DNA of 64,000 nucleotides from Candidatus Hodarchaeota archaeon (lineage in GTDB: Archaea; Asgardarchaeota; Heimdallarchaeia; Hodarchaeales; Hodarchaeaceae), in assembly GCA_016840035.1 (NCBI GenBank), contig JAEOTC010000121.1:1-64000 (forward strand). Direction: 5' to 3'. The position numbers and the translations under genes were made by a program. Below the pieces are notes generated by a model. It ran no database searches, was not told the DNA's origin, and was given only the letters and a program-made list of their open reading frames with translations. How positions within the stretch are numbered: position 1 is the first letter of the stretch; every line of letters begins with the position of its first letter. Shown in pieces: positions 19,790 to 28,310 of this stretch.

Positions 19790-21142
19790 TTGACTTCTGT
19801 AACATTTAATAATGTATCCAAGTATTATGGGAATTTTGCTGCAGTAGATGATCTTAATCTAACTGTAGAAGATCAGGAATTTCTTGTTCTTGTTGGACCT
19901 AGTGGTTGTGGAAAGACAACATCTCTTCGAATGCTAGCTGGACTTGAAGATATTAGTACTGGTACAATTCAGATTGGGGAAAGAATTGTTAATGATGAAC
20001 CTCCTAAAGCCCGAGATATCGCGATGGTGTTTCAATCTTATGCGTTATACCCCCACTGGACAATTTATGACAATTTAGCTTTTGGTTTACGAATGAGGAA
20101 TGTGAGTTTTTCGCAAAATTTTCTTGTATTCCTCTTACAAGCTATCCTTTATTCCATCGCTCTTGGAATTTTTTATGCTTTTTCGTACGTTATTGAGTTT
20201 CTATTACCTGATGTTGGTGCATTATTATTCATTTCTGGATTGATTGGAGGTATTGTTACCTTGATAATGTTCGCTGAGGTTAGGCATGATATTCGACGAT
20301 TCATTCTCAATTTGAAATTACTTCCAGCGTTAGCGAGCATGGCTGAGATAGAAAATGAAATTGAAATGAAAGTTAAAGAAACCTCAACACTTTTAGGGAT
20401 ACGTGAACAGCTGTTCAAGAAACCAAAACAATTAAGTGGTGGCCAGCGACAAAGAGTGGCTCTTGGCAGAGCGATCATTCGCTCACCCGAAGTATTTCTC
20501 ATGGATGAACCTTTAAGTAATTTAGATGCTAAGTTACGGGTACAGATGCGTGCTGAACTCCAAAGAATGCAAAAGAGATTGAAAACTACCACAATTTATG
20601 TAACACACGATCAAATAGAGGCTATGACCTTAGCTGATAGGATTGCCATAATGAATGAAGGAGTTCTTCAGCAAGTGGGAACACCTGATGAAGTTTATAC
20701 TACTCCTGTTAACAAGTTTGTAGCAGGGTTCATTGGAAGCCCATCAATGAATTTCAGTGAGGGTAAGATTATCGTGGATCAAGGAGAACTTTTCTTCGAG
20801 TCGGGATCATTCAAATATCCTGTCCCTTCGCAGTATCGGGAAATATTACGAGAGGTCTTTGCCGGAAAATTAGTATGGCTAGGAATCAGACCAGAACATA
20901 TTCAATTGACTGAGTATAGCGCCTCGAGGCAAGTAATGGCATCCGTTGGAGTATTAGAACCTATTGGCTCTGATACATATGTGTATATAGATTTTCCTAA
21001 AGAGGAATCCATGATTGTGAAAGTAGAAGGTATTGCAGGTTTTAAGCTCGATGAAGAACTCGATGTAAAATTCTTACCCGAGCATTTGCATTTCTTCAAT
21101 TATGAGACAGGTCATCGAATTAACCCAGAAGAAGCGGAATAA
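19790..21142 (+). CDS. malK: MalK-type ABC ATPase with an internal hydrophobic hairpin
   Basis: GPSGCGKT, VFQSYALYPH, LSGGQRQR, LMDEPLSNLD, YVTHDQ, C-terminal TOBE (GIRPEH). Confidence 0.9.
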   Translation: MTSVTFNNVSKYYGNFAAVDDLNLTVEDQEFLVLVGPSGCGKTTSLRMLAGLEDISTGTIQIGERIVNDEPPKARDIAMVFQSYALYPHWTIYDNLAFGLRMRNVSFSQNFLVFLLQAILYSIALGIFYAFSYVIEFLLPDVGALLFISGLIGGIVTLIMFAEVRHDIRRFILNLKLLPALASMAEIENEIEMKVKETSTLLGIREQLFKKPKQLSGGQRQRVALGRAIIRSPEVFLMDEPLSNLDAKLRVQMRAELQRMQKRLKTTTIYVTHDQIEAMTLADRIAIMNEGVLQQVGTPDEVYTTPVNKFVAGFIGSPSMNFSEGKIIVDQGELFFESGSFKYPVPSQYREILREVFAGKLVWLGIRPEHIQLTEYSASRQVMASVGVLEPIGSDTYVYIDFPKEESMIVKVEGIAGFKLDEELDVKFLPEHLHFFNYETGHRINPEEAE

Positions 21143-21369
21143 GAAGACAAAGAGATCTAAAGGAAGTATTTATTCCTTACTAGCTAAAGAAATATTCTAC
21201 TAATGAGACGATAGTAGTATTTATTCTCTGAAATGACTGGATTTTACCTTTCATTTGCAAGTTCGCTTTAGGAGAAAAATTAGATGTCTTCAATAATTAA
21301 TGATGAATTCTGAACCTGTTTAATGAATAGTATTGAATAGTGATAAAAAGAATCATCAACTCTTAGTCG

Positions 21370-21403
21370 AATAAAAAAAAAGAAAAAAGGAAGTAGACGT
21401 AGA
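21370..21403 (-). terminator. Pyrimidine/oligo-T terminator
   Basis: CT-rich run and long oligo-T tract on the - strand after the stop at 21404. Confidence 0.5.
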
Positions 21404-24073
21404 TTATCTTCTACGTCGAATATAGAGAGTTACAAAACCTAACATCGCTAGAATACTAAATAATGCGAACCCAGGTGTATCATCTTCGGTAGTTGTTGGT
21501 TCTGTGGTTGGTTCCGTTGTTGGAGCTTCTGTGGTAGTTGTTGTGGTGGTTGTAGTCTCCGTAGTTGTTGTCACCTCTTGGGGATGGATTGTAACTGTTA
21601 CTATTGCTGAACCATAGTTTCCTGTAAGGTCATACACATTGATCCGAATTGTATGCGCACCTTCACTTAGACTAAGTACTGTACTAGAGTCTGCTAGGCT
21701 AATACTAGGTTGTAATACACCATCTACAAAGAATTCAAGGTAATCAAGACCTGCTATAGTTGCATCTGCAGGATCCGAAACTGTCCAGTCAAATGTTACA
21801 TCGTATGTTGTGCCTGATACAATTGTGAATTCAGATGCATCTGCAGGTGCTGTAAATGCGGCAACAGGATCAGTTACGTCTTCGACAAAACTAATTCCTG
21901 GGCCAACAGCCATGACTGTGGTTCTAGTAGAAGTTGGGATATCATATCCATAGGTTATGTATTCCTGTAACCATGTTGAGTTTCCACCTTCTGGCACAAG
22001 AATGTCTACATAGTTAGGATCAATATCACCGTCTACACCGCCACCAAAGACATAAGCTTCAGGTGCAGCATTGTGTTGTCGGTAATTTGTATAATCATTA
22101 CTTCCTACCATGACAACATATTTCCAGCTTGTGTCAGCTGTACTTCCAATTAAGGAGGCTGGAACAGAGAAAGAGATCCAATAAGTATCAGTTGTATCAT
22201 TCAAGTCTGTATTAATAGATATACCAGTCCCTGATTGAACAACATTAGTAGAATCATTCCAATACCATTTTTCCCAACTTGTAACTTGGAATCCATGATC
22301 CCATTCAATATCAGTATTTACATAAGCATTTCCATAGCTGTCGGTGCTTCCACCTGGTGCATTATCCACCATTACCATAAATGTTGGATGCGAAAAGCCT
22401 GTTGGACCACTCCATGGATTACTATTATTATACATCTTAAAGTGGAATGTAGTTACCCACTCATTACTAGTAACCGTGAAATTAAGAAGATCTAAGAGCC
22501 CTTCGTAGGGGGCAAATGAGACATCAGTAGGATAAACACCGTATTCATCACCTTGAGGATCTGTCATAGAGAATACTTGTGATTCTGGAGGAGGCACAAG
22601 TACAAACAGAGATATATTTGCGGTAGTCACAGAATTGTTATTTGAGGCATTGATGTAGAAAGTTACATTTGTTGGATACATATAAGGACCAATGCTTACA
22701 TTAAATTTATCAGCTTGTGTACCAGCTTCTTCAAGGAAAGTGAAGTCTTTCGTATTCCATGTACCAGACATATTTGTCTCCCAATAGAGAGTAACAACTG
22801 TACCTGGTGGTTGATGAATGAAAGTTGTACCATTCAGAAGTTGGCCTACATTCGCTGTAATGTTGATTAATTGTCCTGGGAGGATAAATCCACCTGAAGG
22901 TTCAACTGCACTTATCTCTTCAATATCAACTGGGGGAAGGGGACCAATGGTCACGTTGTACTCGGCTGTTGGTCCATAACCAGTCTCAATCATCCAAGTA
23001 AGAGTATCATTTTCATCAAATCCGCCTGTATCCATTTCCAAGCGATACCAGTCATTATTACCTTCATAATCACCGACAACATGAGTCATTGATACATTCG
23101 TCCAAGAACTCCACATCATAGCACTATAATCATGATATTTTACCTTGAAAGTAGCCCAATCAGAGGCATTTGGGTGATCGTGGGAGCCGTACCAGACAGA
23201 TATTTTAAATTCCAATAGGAATCCTTTGGGCATAAGACCACCGAAGGAATTATCCGCTTCATTACCAGCCCAACCAATACCTGATGGTTCTGGAGTGAGC
23301 TCAGGGTTACTATCACCATCTGCATCAACTTCAATTAAAGCATAGTTTGAAACTTTCTCAGGAGCTGCACTGTTGAAACTATTTGGGATCAAATCAGCAG
23401 GTGAATCTCCACCACCACCACCAAACATGGCAGCTACAATGTGTATTTCAGCATTTGCGGGGATTCCAGCAGGATAAAATAGAGACCATGGAATAAATGC
23501 TTCATAATGGACTATTGATGAACCAGCGGCCGTGGAAACATTTCCAGTGCTGGCGTTATATCCAGAATCACCAGGAACATACGTGAATGTTGTTCCATCT
23601 TCCACAGTAAAATTCCTGAGGTCCCAAGGGGAGAGTCCCCAAGTTCCAAGAAACCAGTTTGTTTTAAAACCGTTTTCAAATACAGCATTTCTATTCCAAG
23701 CATCTGCTGTATTATGATCTGTAACTCCAGTTGCACCATTATCTGTGTCAAAGAATACCAAAAATCCATTTGAAGCGCCTTGTAACGATGCATTCAAACC
23801 AACAGCGAAACCTGTGGCATTTAATGAAGTATACAAATCATTCAAACCCCAAGCACCACCAGTACCCCAGGCTTCATCACCATAATGGTCTGTAGTGAGG
23901 GTTTTATTGCCATCAAACCAATCATTCCCTATCGATCCATCAATTAGCACATCGTTATGTGTTGATGCATCCGATAAAATTGTGGTTGGGATAGCAGCTA
24001 TATCTTTTGGGAGTACTACTAGCATTGAAACTGTAACAATGAGTAATACTACTCCAATTACTTTACCTTTCAT
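21404..24073 (-). CDS. Secreted surface protein with carbohydrate-binding DOMON/CBM9-like and Ig-like domains, PGF-type anchor
   Basis: Signal peptide; IDGSIGNDW; DPQGDEYG DOMON paralogous to the amylopullulanase C-terminus; Thr linker; TPGFA-TM-RRRR; no GH57 motifs. Confidence 0.75.
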   Translation of the reverse strand: MKGKVIGVVLLIVTVSMLVVLPKDIAAIPTTILSDASTHNDVLIDGSIGNDWFDGNKTLTTDHYGDEAWGTGGAWGLNDLYTSLNATGFAVGLNASLQGASNGFLVFFDTDNGATGVTDHNTADAWNRNAVFENGFKTNWFLGTWGLSPWDLRNFTVEDGTTFTYVPGDSGYNASTGNVSTAAGSSIVHYEAFIPWSLFYPAGIPANAEIHIVAAMFGGGGGDSPADLIPNSFNSAAPEKVSNYALIEVDADGDSNPELTPEPSGIGWAGNEADNSFGGLMPKGFLLEFKISVWYGSHDHPNASDWATFKVKYHDYSAMMWSSWTNVSMTHVVGDYEGNNDWYRLEMDTGGFDENDTLTWMIETGYGPTAEYNVTIGPLPPVDIEEISAVEPSGGFILPGQLINITANVGQLLNGTTFIHQPPGTVVTLYWETNMSGTWNTKDFTFLEEAGTQADKFNVSIGPYMYPTNVTFYINASNNNSVTTANISLFVLVPPPESQVFSMTDPQGDEYGVYPTDVSFAPYEGLLDLLNFTVTSNEWVTTFHFKMYNNSNPWSGPTGFSHPTFMVMVDNAPGGSTDSYGNAYVNTDIEWDHGFQVTSWEKWYWNDSTNVVQSGTGISINTDLNDTTDTYWISFSVPASLIGSTADTSWKYVVMVGSNDYTNYRQHNAAPEAYVFGGGVDGDIDPNYVDILVPEGGNSTWLQEYITYGYDIPTSTRTTVMAVGPGISFVEDVTDPVAAFTAPADASEFTIVSGTTYDVTFDWTVSDPADATIAGLDYLEFFVDGVLQPSISLADSSTVLSLSEGAHTIRINVYDLTGNYGSAIVTVTIHPQEVTTTTETTTTTTTTTEAPTTEPTTEPTTTEDDTPGFALFSILAMLGFVTLYIRRRR

Positions 24074-24148
24074 TATATTAACCCAATATTGTGTTAGTTA
24101 TGTTTTTTTAGAAGAACGTAAGAAACCAAACTAATAAAATAGCTTAAT

Positions 24149-24170
24149 CTAATATGAGCTGTCATATTAG
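24149..24170. promoter_or_regulatory. Perfect palindrome, candidate operator
   Basis: CTAATATGA-GCTG-TCATATTAG, about 75 bp upstream of 24073 in a divergent intergenic region. Confidence 0.5.
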
Positions 24171-24589
24171 TTTCGTGATCTTAATATACAGGTTTTTTTG
24201 ATTTAATTTTTAATCGTTATCATAAATAAATAGTATTTCCTGTGATTGGATTTTACGAAAACACTAATGGGGCGATATAAAATCCTTTTTATCATACTCT
24301 TCCCCATATATCTGGCTTTACGAGATGTGGTAGCTAATAAAAAGAGTTAACAATAGATATCCTTCCCAGACCTCTACTGTTTAAATGTGAAAATGATCCT
24401 TTGAATTTTATACAAGGAGCTATCCCTTTATTTTATTTTCTATTTTCTACCCCTATGACGGAGAGGGGTGAATTTAGGCACTTTTAGGGTTGTTTGATTT
24501 AGAAAGAAAGTTTAGAAAAACGAATTAAGAACTACATCATAAGATTAAAGCTATAAAATAAATGTCTTACTAAAGATTCGTGAGTTCAG

Positions 24590-26845
24590 ATGAAGTCGAA
24601 TAGATATATTTTCGTATTAGTGCTTATTTTTTCTATAAATATCGTCATTAGTACATCTTTGGCAAATCCAGATGGTACAAATGCTTCCCAAAAATTGGAT
24701 CTTGTTTTTCTATTACATGCAAATCAAGCGAATGTACCTTATGGTGATGTTGCGAATGATTTATGCTATCATGGTGTTTTAGAAACTATGAGGAATCATC
24801 CTGATCTTCATTTTCCCTTACATTTTTCTGGGACTTTATTAACCGATTTAGCTTGGTTCAACACTTCTACGTTAGATTTATTAAGACAAGGCATTAATTC
24901 TGGTCAATTTGAAATGATAGGATCAACATATGCCCAAAATATCATTTATTCCCATCATGATGATTGGGATAATCAGATTCAGATTGTTAAACATCGTCAA
25001 GTTTTAGAGGAAATCTTAGGGATGGAACCAGTTGGATTCTGGAATCCAGAACGATGCTGGAATCAAGAGAGGTACGTTAAGCTAATCAGTGAAGGGGGTT
25101 ATTTGTATACATTTGTTGAAGATCATATTATAAATGAAGGACAACCATTCACTGGTGAGTATGATGAATACATTGTGAGAAATACATCGGTAGATTCTGA
25201 GAATTTGTTAATCGTAAATGATGATAAAACGATTCTACATCTAATAGATACCATTGCAGGTACTACAGAACCTCCTACATCACCTACTGTAATTTCAGCA
25301 GTAGATAACTTGATCTCCTATCTGGATCAAGTGTATCAGAATGACACAAATGATGATTACCTTGTATTTTACGGGCAAGATATGGAGGCATGGGGATTAT
25401 GGCAGGAAGAAGCTCAGACCGATGACCTACAAACAGTGGCAAGTAGACTAGATTATCTTTTCACTCGATTAGAAGAGGAATCCGATTGGTTAAATCTGTG
25501 TACACCAACTGAATTTATTTCAGACCTTCCTCCTGATTATACGTTTTCATATATACCATCCATACCAGATGGAAGCGCAGTGTGGATGCATAATCCTTCA
25601 GTAGATGCAGGTTACAATGATTGGTTTGACTTTTCTGAGAATGATTCACGATTAGATGATTATCGCTTCCAATTTGCTACCGCAAGAGATTATTTAAAAA
25701 ATGCAGAGGCGTGGCTATCTACATACTATTTTTCAGGGAATGAAATCCATAAGACAAGATTCAAAGCAGCGAGTAAATTACTAAGTTATGCCCATTTCGT
25801 CTTTGCTGCGAATCAGTACGAGTTTGGATGTATTAACTGTTTTTTTCCTTGGTTTTACCGTGCAAAAACAGCTATGATTACTGCACAGGCTGCAATATTT
25901 GCAATGACTGCAAATTCATCAACTATGGTCATACAGAAAGATCTTGACTTTGATAACAATATAGAATTTATTATATTTAATAATAGATCTATGTTTGTAT
26001 TTTCTGGACTTGGTGGACGGTTAATCAACTGGTATGATCTTTCTACAGGAGAAGTTTTATTAGCTAATGATCTCCCTAATACTTATGCCACTTGGTCTAT
26101 CAATGGATTAGATTACCCATCTGGAACTTACCTCTCTTCTCCAATTGAATTAGTTACAGGTGCAGATCTATGGGGACGGACTACAAATTCTTATCTTCTT
26201 AGGCCTAAAGCATTTTATGATACTTGGGGTGATTCTGAAGCTGAATGGATTTGGCAGTCTAGAAATCGAACAGTTATTACAGGAAAGGATTTCATTCAAT
26301 TTTATTTTGATTATTCAGATCGAATAGTTAGTAAAGTCTACTCCTTATCAGATGATTCAAATCAGCTCTCTATAACCTATTCAATCAATAATGGTGAATC
26401 TTACATAATAGAACCTAAAATTGGTTTAAGTTTAAGTCCTGGGAATGAGGATATTCTATATTCTGGTAAAGAATTTCTTGAAGAAAAAATAACTCAGAAT
26501 GGAACACACAATTTCCTCCATGTCAGTAATTCGAAGTCCCTTGTTGACATTACTCTAACGGTAGGAAACACTGTCAATATAAATCCTACAATTCAAGATC
26601 CCATGTTCGCCTTAGGCTATTCTATTGAGCTTCCCGCCATTGATCAACATTCTGAAAGCACTTATACCTTTCTCATTGAGGGGACCAAAAGAGAAGATAG
26701 TGAACCCTCACAAACATCAACTATCAGTAAATCTACTCAGAATACAACAACAGATACAGAAGTAGTGAATGCATCTTTCCCAGGAATATTATATATTCCA
26801 GCAATCTTAATAATATTGGTTATCCTCCAAAAAAGGAAAATCTAA
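24590..26845 (+). CDS. Secreted/anchored GH57 (alpha-amylase or 4-alpha-glucanotransferase-like)
   Basis: Signal peptide; LHANQ (CSR1 variant), LHFSGTL, GFWNPERCW, YGQDMEAWG; DLDFDNNIEF...GGRL beta-sandwich; FPG-TM-KRK. Confidence 0.8.
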   Translation: MKSNRYIFVLVLIFSINIVISTSLANPDGTNASQKLDLVFLLHANQANVPYGDVANDLCYHGVLETMRNHPDLHFPLHFSGTLLTDLAWFNTSTLDLLRQGINSGQFEMIGSTYAQNIIYSHHDDWDNQIQIVKHRQVLEEILGMEPVGFWNPERCWNQERYVKLISEGGYLYTFVEDHIINEGQPFTGEYDEYIVRNTSVDSENLLIVNDDKTILHLIDTIAGTTEPPTSPTVISAVDNLISYLDQVYQNDTNDDYLVFYGQDMEAWGLWQEEAQTDDLQTVASRLDYLFTRLEEESDWLNLCTPTEFISDLPPDYTFSYIPSIPDGSAVWMHNPSVDAGYNDWFDFSENDSRLDDYRFQFATARDYLKNAEAWLSTYYFSGNEIHKTRFKAASKLLSYAHFVFAANQYEFGCINCFFPWFYRAKTAMITAQAAIFAMTANSSTMVIQKDLDFDNNIEFIIFNNRSMFVFSGLGGRLINWYDLSTGEVLLANDLPNTYATWSINGLDYPSGTYLSSPIELVTGADLWGRTTNSYLLRPKAFYDTWGDSEAEWIWQSRNRTVITGKDFIQFYFDYSDRIVSKVYSLSDDSNQLSITYSINNGESYIIEPKIGLSLSPGNEDILYSGKEFLEEKITQNGTHNFLHVSNSKSLVDITLTVGNTVNINPTIQDPMFALGYSIELPAIDQHSESTYTFLIEGTKREDSEPSQTSTISKSTQNTTTDTEVVNASFPGILYIPAILIILVILQKRKI

Positions 26846-26925
26846 GTAGGAAATCTTTTTAAAAATCTTGTTAATTGTAAATCACAAACAGGATTAATAG
26901 GAAAAAGAAATAGAAGATGTATTAG

Positions 26926-27207
26926 ATGGAATTTGAACTGTATGTAGTTATTGGATCAGTACTTGGTGCTGTGGGTGGATTTCTTTCACAATACTTACGT
27001 AAGACGAAAATTAAAAACGAAGAACTGAACTTTGAAGTTAAATTTGCAGTATCCGCTCTTCTCGCGATAATTGTGAGCTTTGTTCTTAGTACTTGGTTAA
27101 CTCTGTCTGATCCCCTAATAGGTTTAGTAATTGGGTTCCTTCTTGGGTTTGGAGGAAAAGATACTATCGACGAGGTTCTCAAATACTATCGTGATTTGAA
27201 GAAATAA
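26926..27207 (+). CDS. Small 3-TM hypothetical protein
   Basis: Three Gly-rich hydrophobic helices and a basic C-terminus. Confidence 0.6.
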   Translation: MEFELYVVIGSVLGAVGGFLSQYLRKTKIKNEELNFEVKFAVSALLAIIVSFVLSTWLTLSDPLIGLVIGFLLGFGGKDTIDEVLKYYRDLKK

Positions 27208-27239
27208 AGAATCCAGCATCCTTGAATAAGTTGGATAAC

Positions 27240-28151
27240 TTATTCTTTTGGAGATAAGACGAATAGGACTTGAGTATCCCTCAGATGTGCTCCAAGATTG
27301 GCTGCAACTTCAGTTGCGGTATCTTTATTTGTAAAGGAGTTAAATAGAAGGGGTTCTTTCCATTGTTGTTCGCTGCAGTGTAGAGCAATTTCTCTTAAAA
27401 GTAGTTTCCAAGTATCTTCAAATCCAGGACGAATGGCAGTAAAGCGTACAATAATTCCATCGTCTATATATCCTCTCAAGGGAGCACCTGCTGCTACAAG
27501 GAGATTTTCTTTAAAAAACAAAACAGCATGATTATCAGGAACGACTCGATCTGCAAAATAAGAATTCCATGCTTCATTATTGGGAAACGCTTCTTTAATA
27601 TTGGGATCAGTTTTACACAGGTCTATAAGGATTGGAATATCATCTATCGTACCCATTTTAACTGAAAATTCATGAGTGGATTCTTTATTAACTTGGGTGG
27701 TGTCCAAAGAATAGAAGAATGCTGTGTCTTTCAGAGTAAAGCCTTTATTTTTCGCAAATTCAGTTTGTCGTTTCCATGTTTCTGTAAAATAACCCATAAC
27801 AATCTCATTTTCAGGATACTTATTTGATACATAATCTAGCATTTCATCAAACAGAAAATCTTGAACTTCGACAGGGCAATGTTCTAGTGCCCAAGGATAA
27901 CCGATCCATGTTTGAGCGGGGGTTTCAGTGACAGTAGTTTGAATATATGCGAGAGGTTTTTCCTCCTCATCTAAAGCATATCTAACCCCAAACTTATCCT
28001 TTTTCTCGTTCATATAACGTTGTTTGATTTGCTCCGCAGATGTCTTTCCAAATGCCGAACTTGGATTTCTTTGCAATTCATCATTATAGATTTGAGCTTG
28101 TAACTCTTCAAATCCTTGATCAGGTTCATAATAGCGATAAATGATCTTCAT
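27240..28151 (-). CDS. Hypothetical protein, probable tandem GNAT-like fold
   Basis: Two repeats of GNAT-like beta/alpha pattern (FAKNKGF); CoA motifs degenerate. Confidence 0.5.
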   Translation of the reverse strand: MKIIYRYYEPDQGFEELQAQIYNDELQRNPSSAFGKTSAEQIKQRYMNEKKDKFGVRYALDEEEKPLAYIQTTVTETPAQTWIGYPWALEHCPVEVQDFLFDEMLDYVSNKYPENEIVMGYFTETWKRQTEFAKNKGFTLKDTAFFYSLDTTQVNKESTHEFSVKMGTIDDIPILIDLCKTDPNIKEAFPNNEAWNSYFADRVVPDNHAVLFFKENLLVAAGAPLRGYIDDGIIVRFTAIRPGFEDTWKLLLREIALHCSEQQWKEPLLFNSFTNKDTATEVAANLGAHLRDTQVLFVLSPKE

Positions 28152-28310
28152 AATTATCGAAATTTAGTTTTTATTTAAGATATTAATAAGGCTAGTATTT
28201 TGGCAAACAAGAGAAAATAGGGAAGAGGATCAGACTTTACTATTGTAGGATGTATGTTAGTAGAATTAATTTTAAAAGAAAAAAGAGGGAGAGAAGGAGC
28301 TGTTCCTTCA

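Noticed and set aside
20105-20350. MalK insertion as an intein
   Set aside because: No C/S start with HN-C/S/T end and no endonuclease motifs; the segment is hydrophobic and helical
21485-21575. Short tandem GTT/GTG repeats here and near 10090, 15090 and 32150
   Set aside because: Codons of Thr-rich linkers; not CRISPR or satellite DNA
24074-24589. Long intergenic regions (also 40580-41033, 44992-45298) as possible tRNA/ncRNA loci
   Set aside because: AT-rich, no cloverleaf, T-loop or extended GC stems; consistent with divergent promoters
26926-27207. Holin-like small 3-TM protein
   Set aside because: No phage, integrase or lysis genes nearby; left as hypothetical
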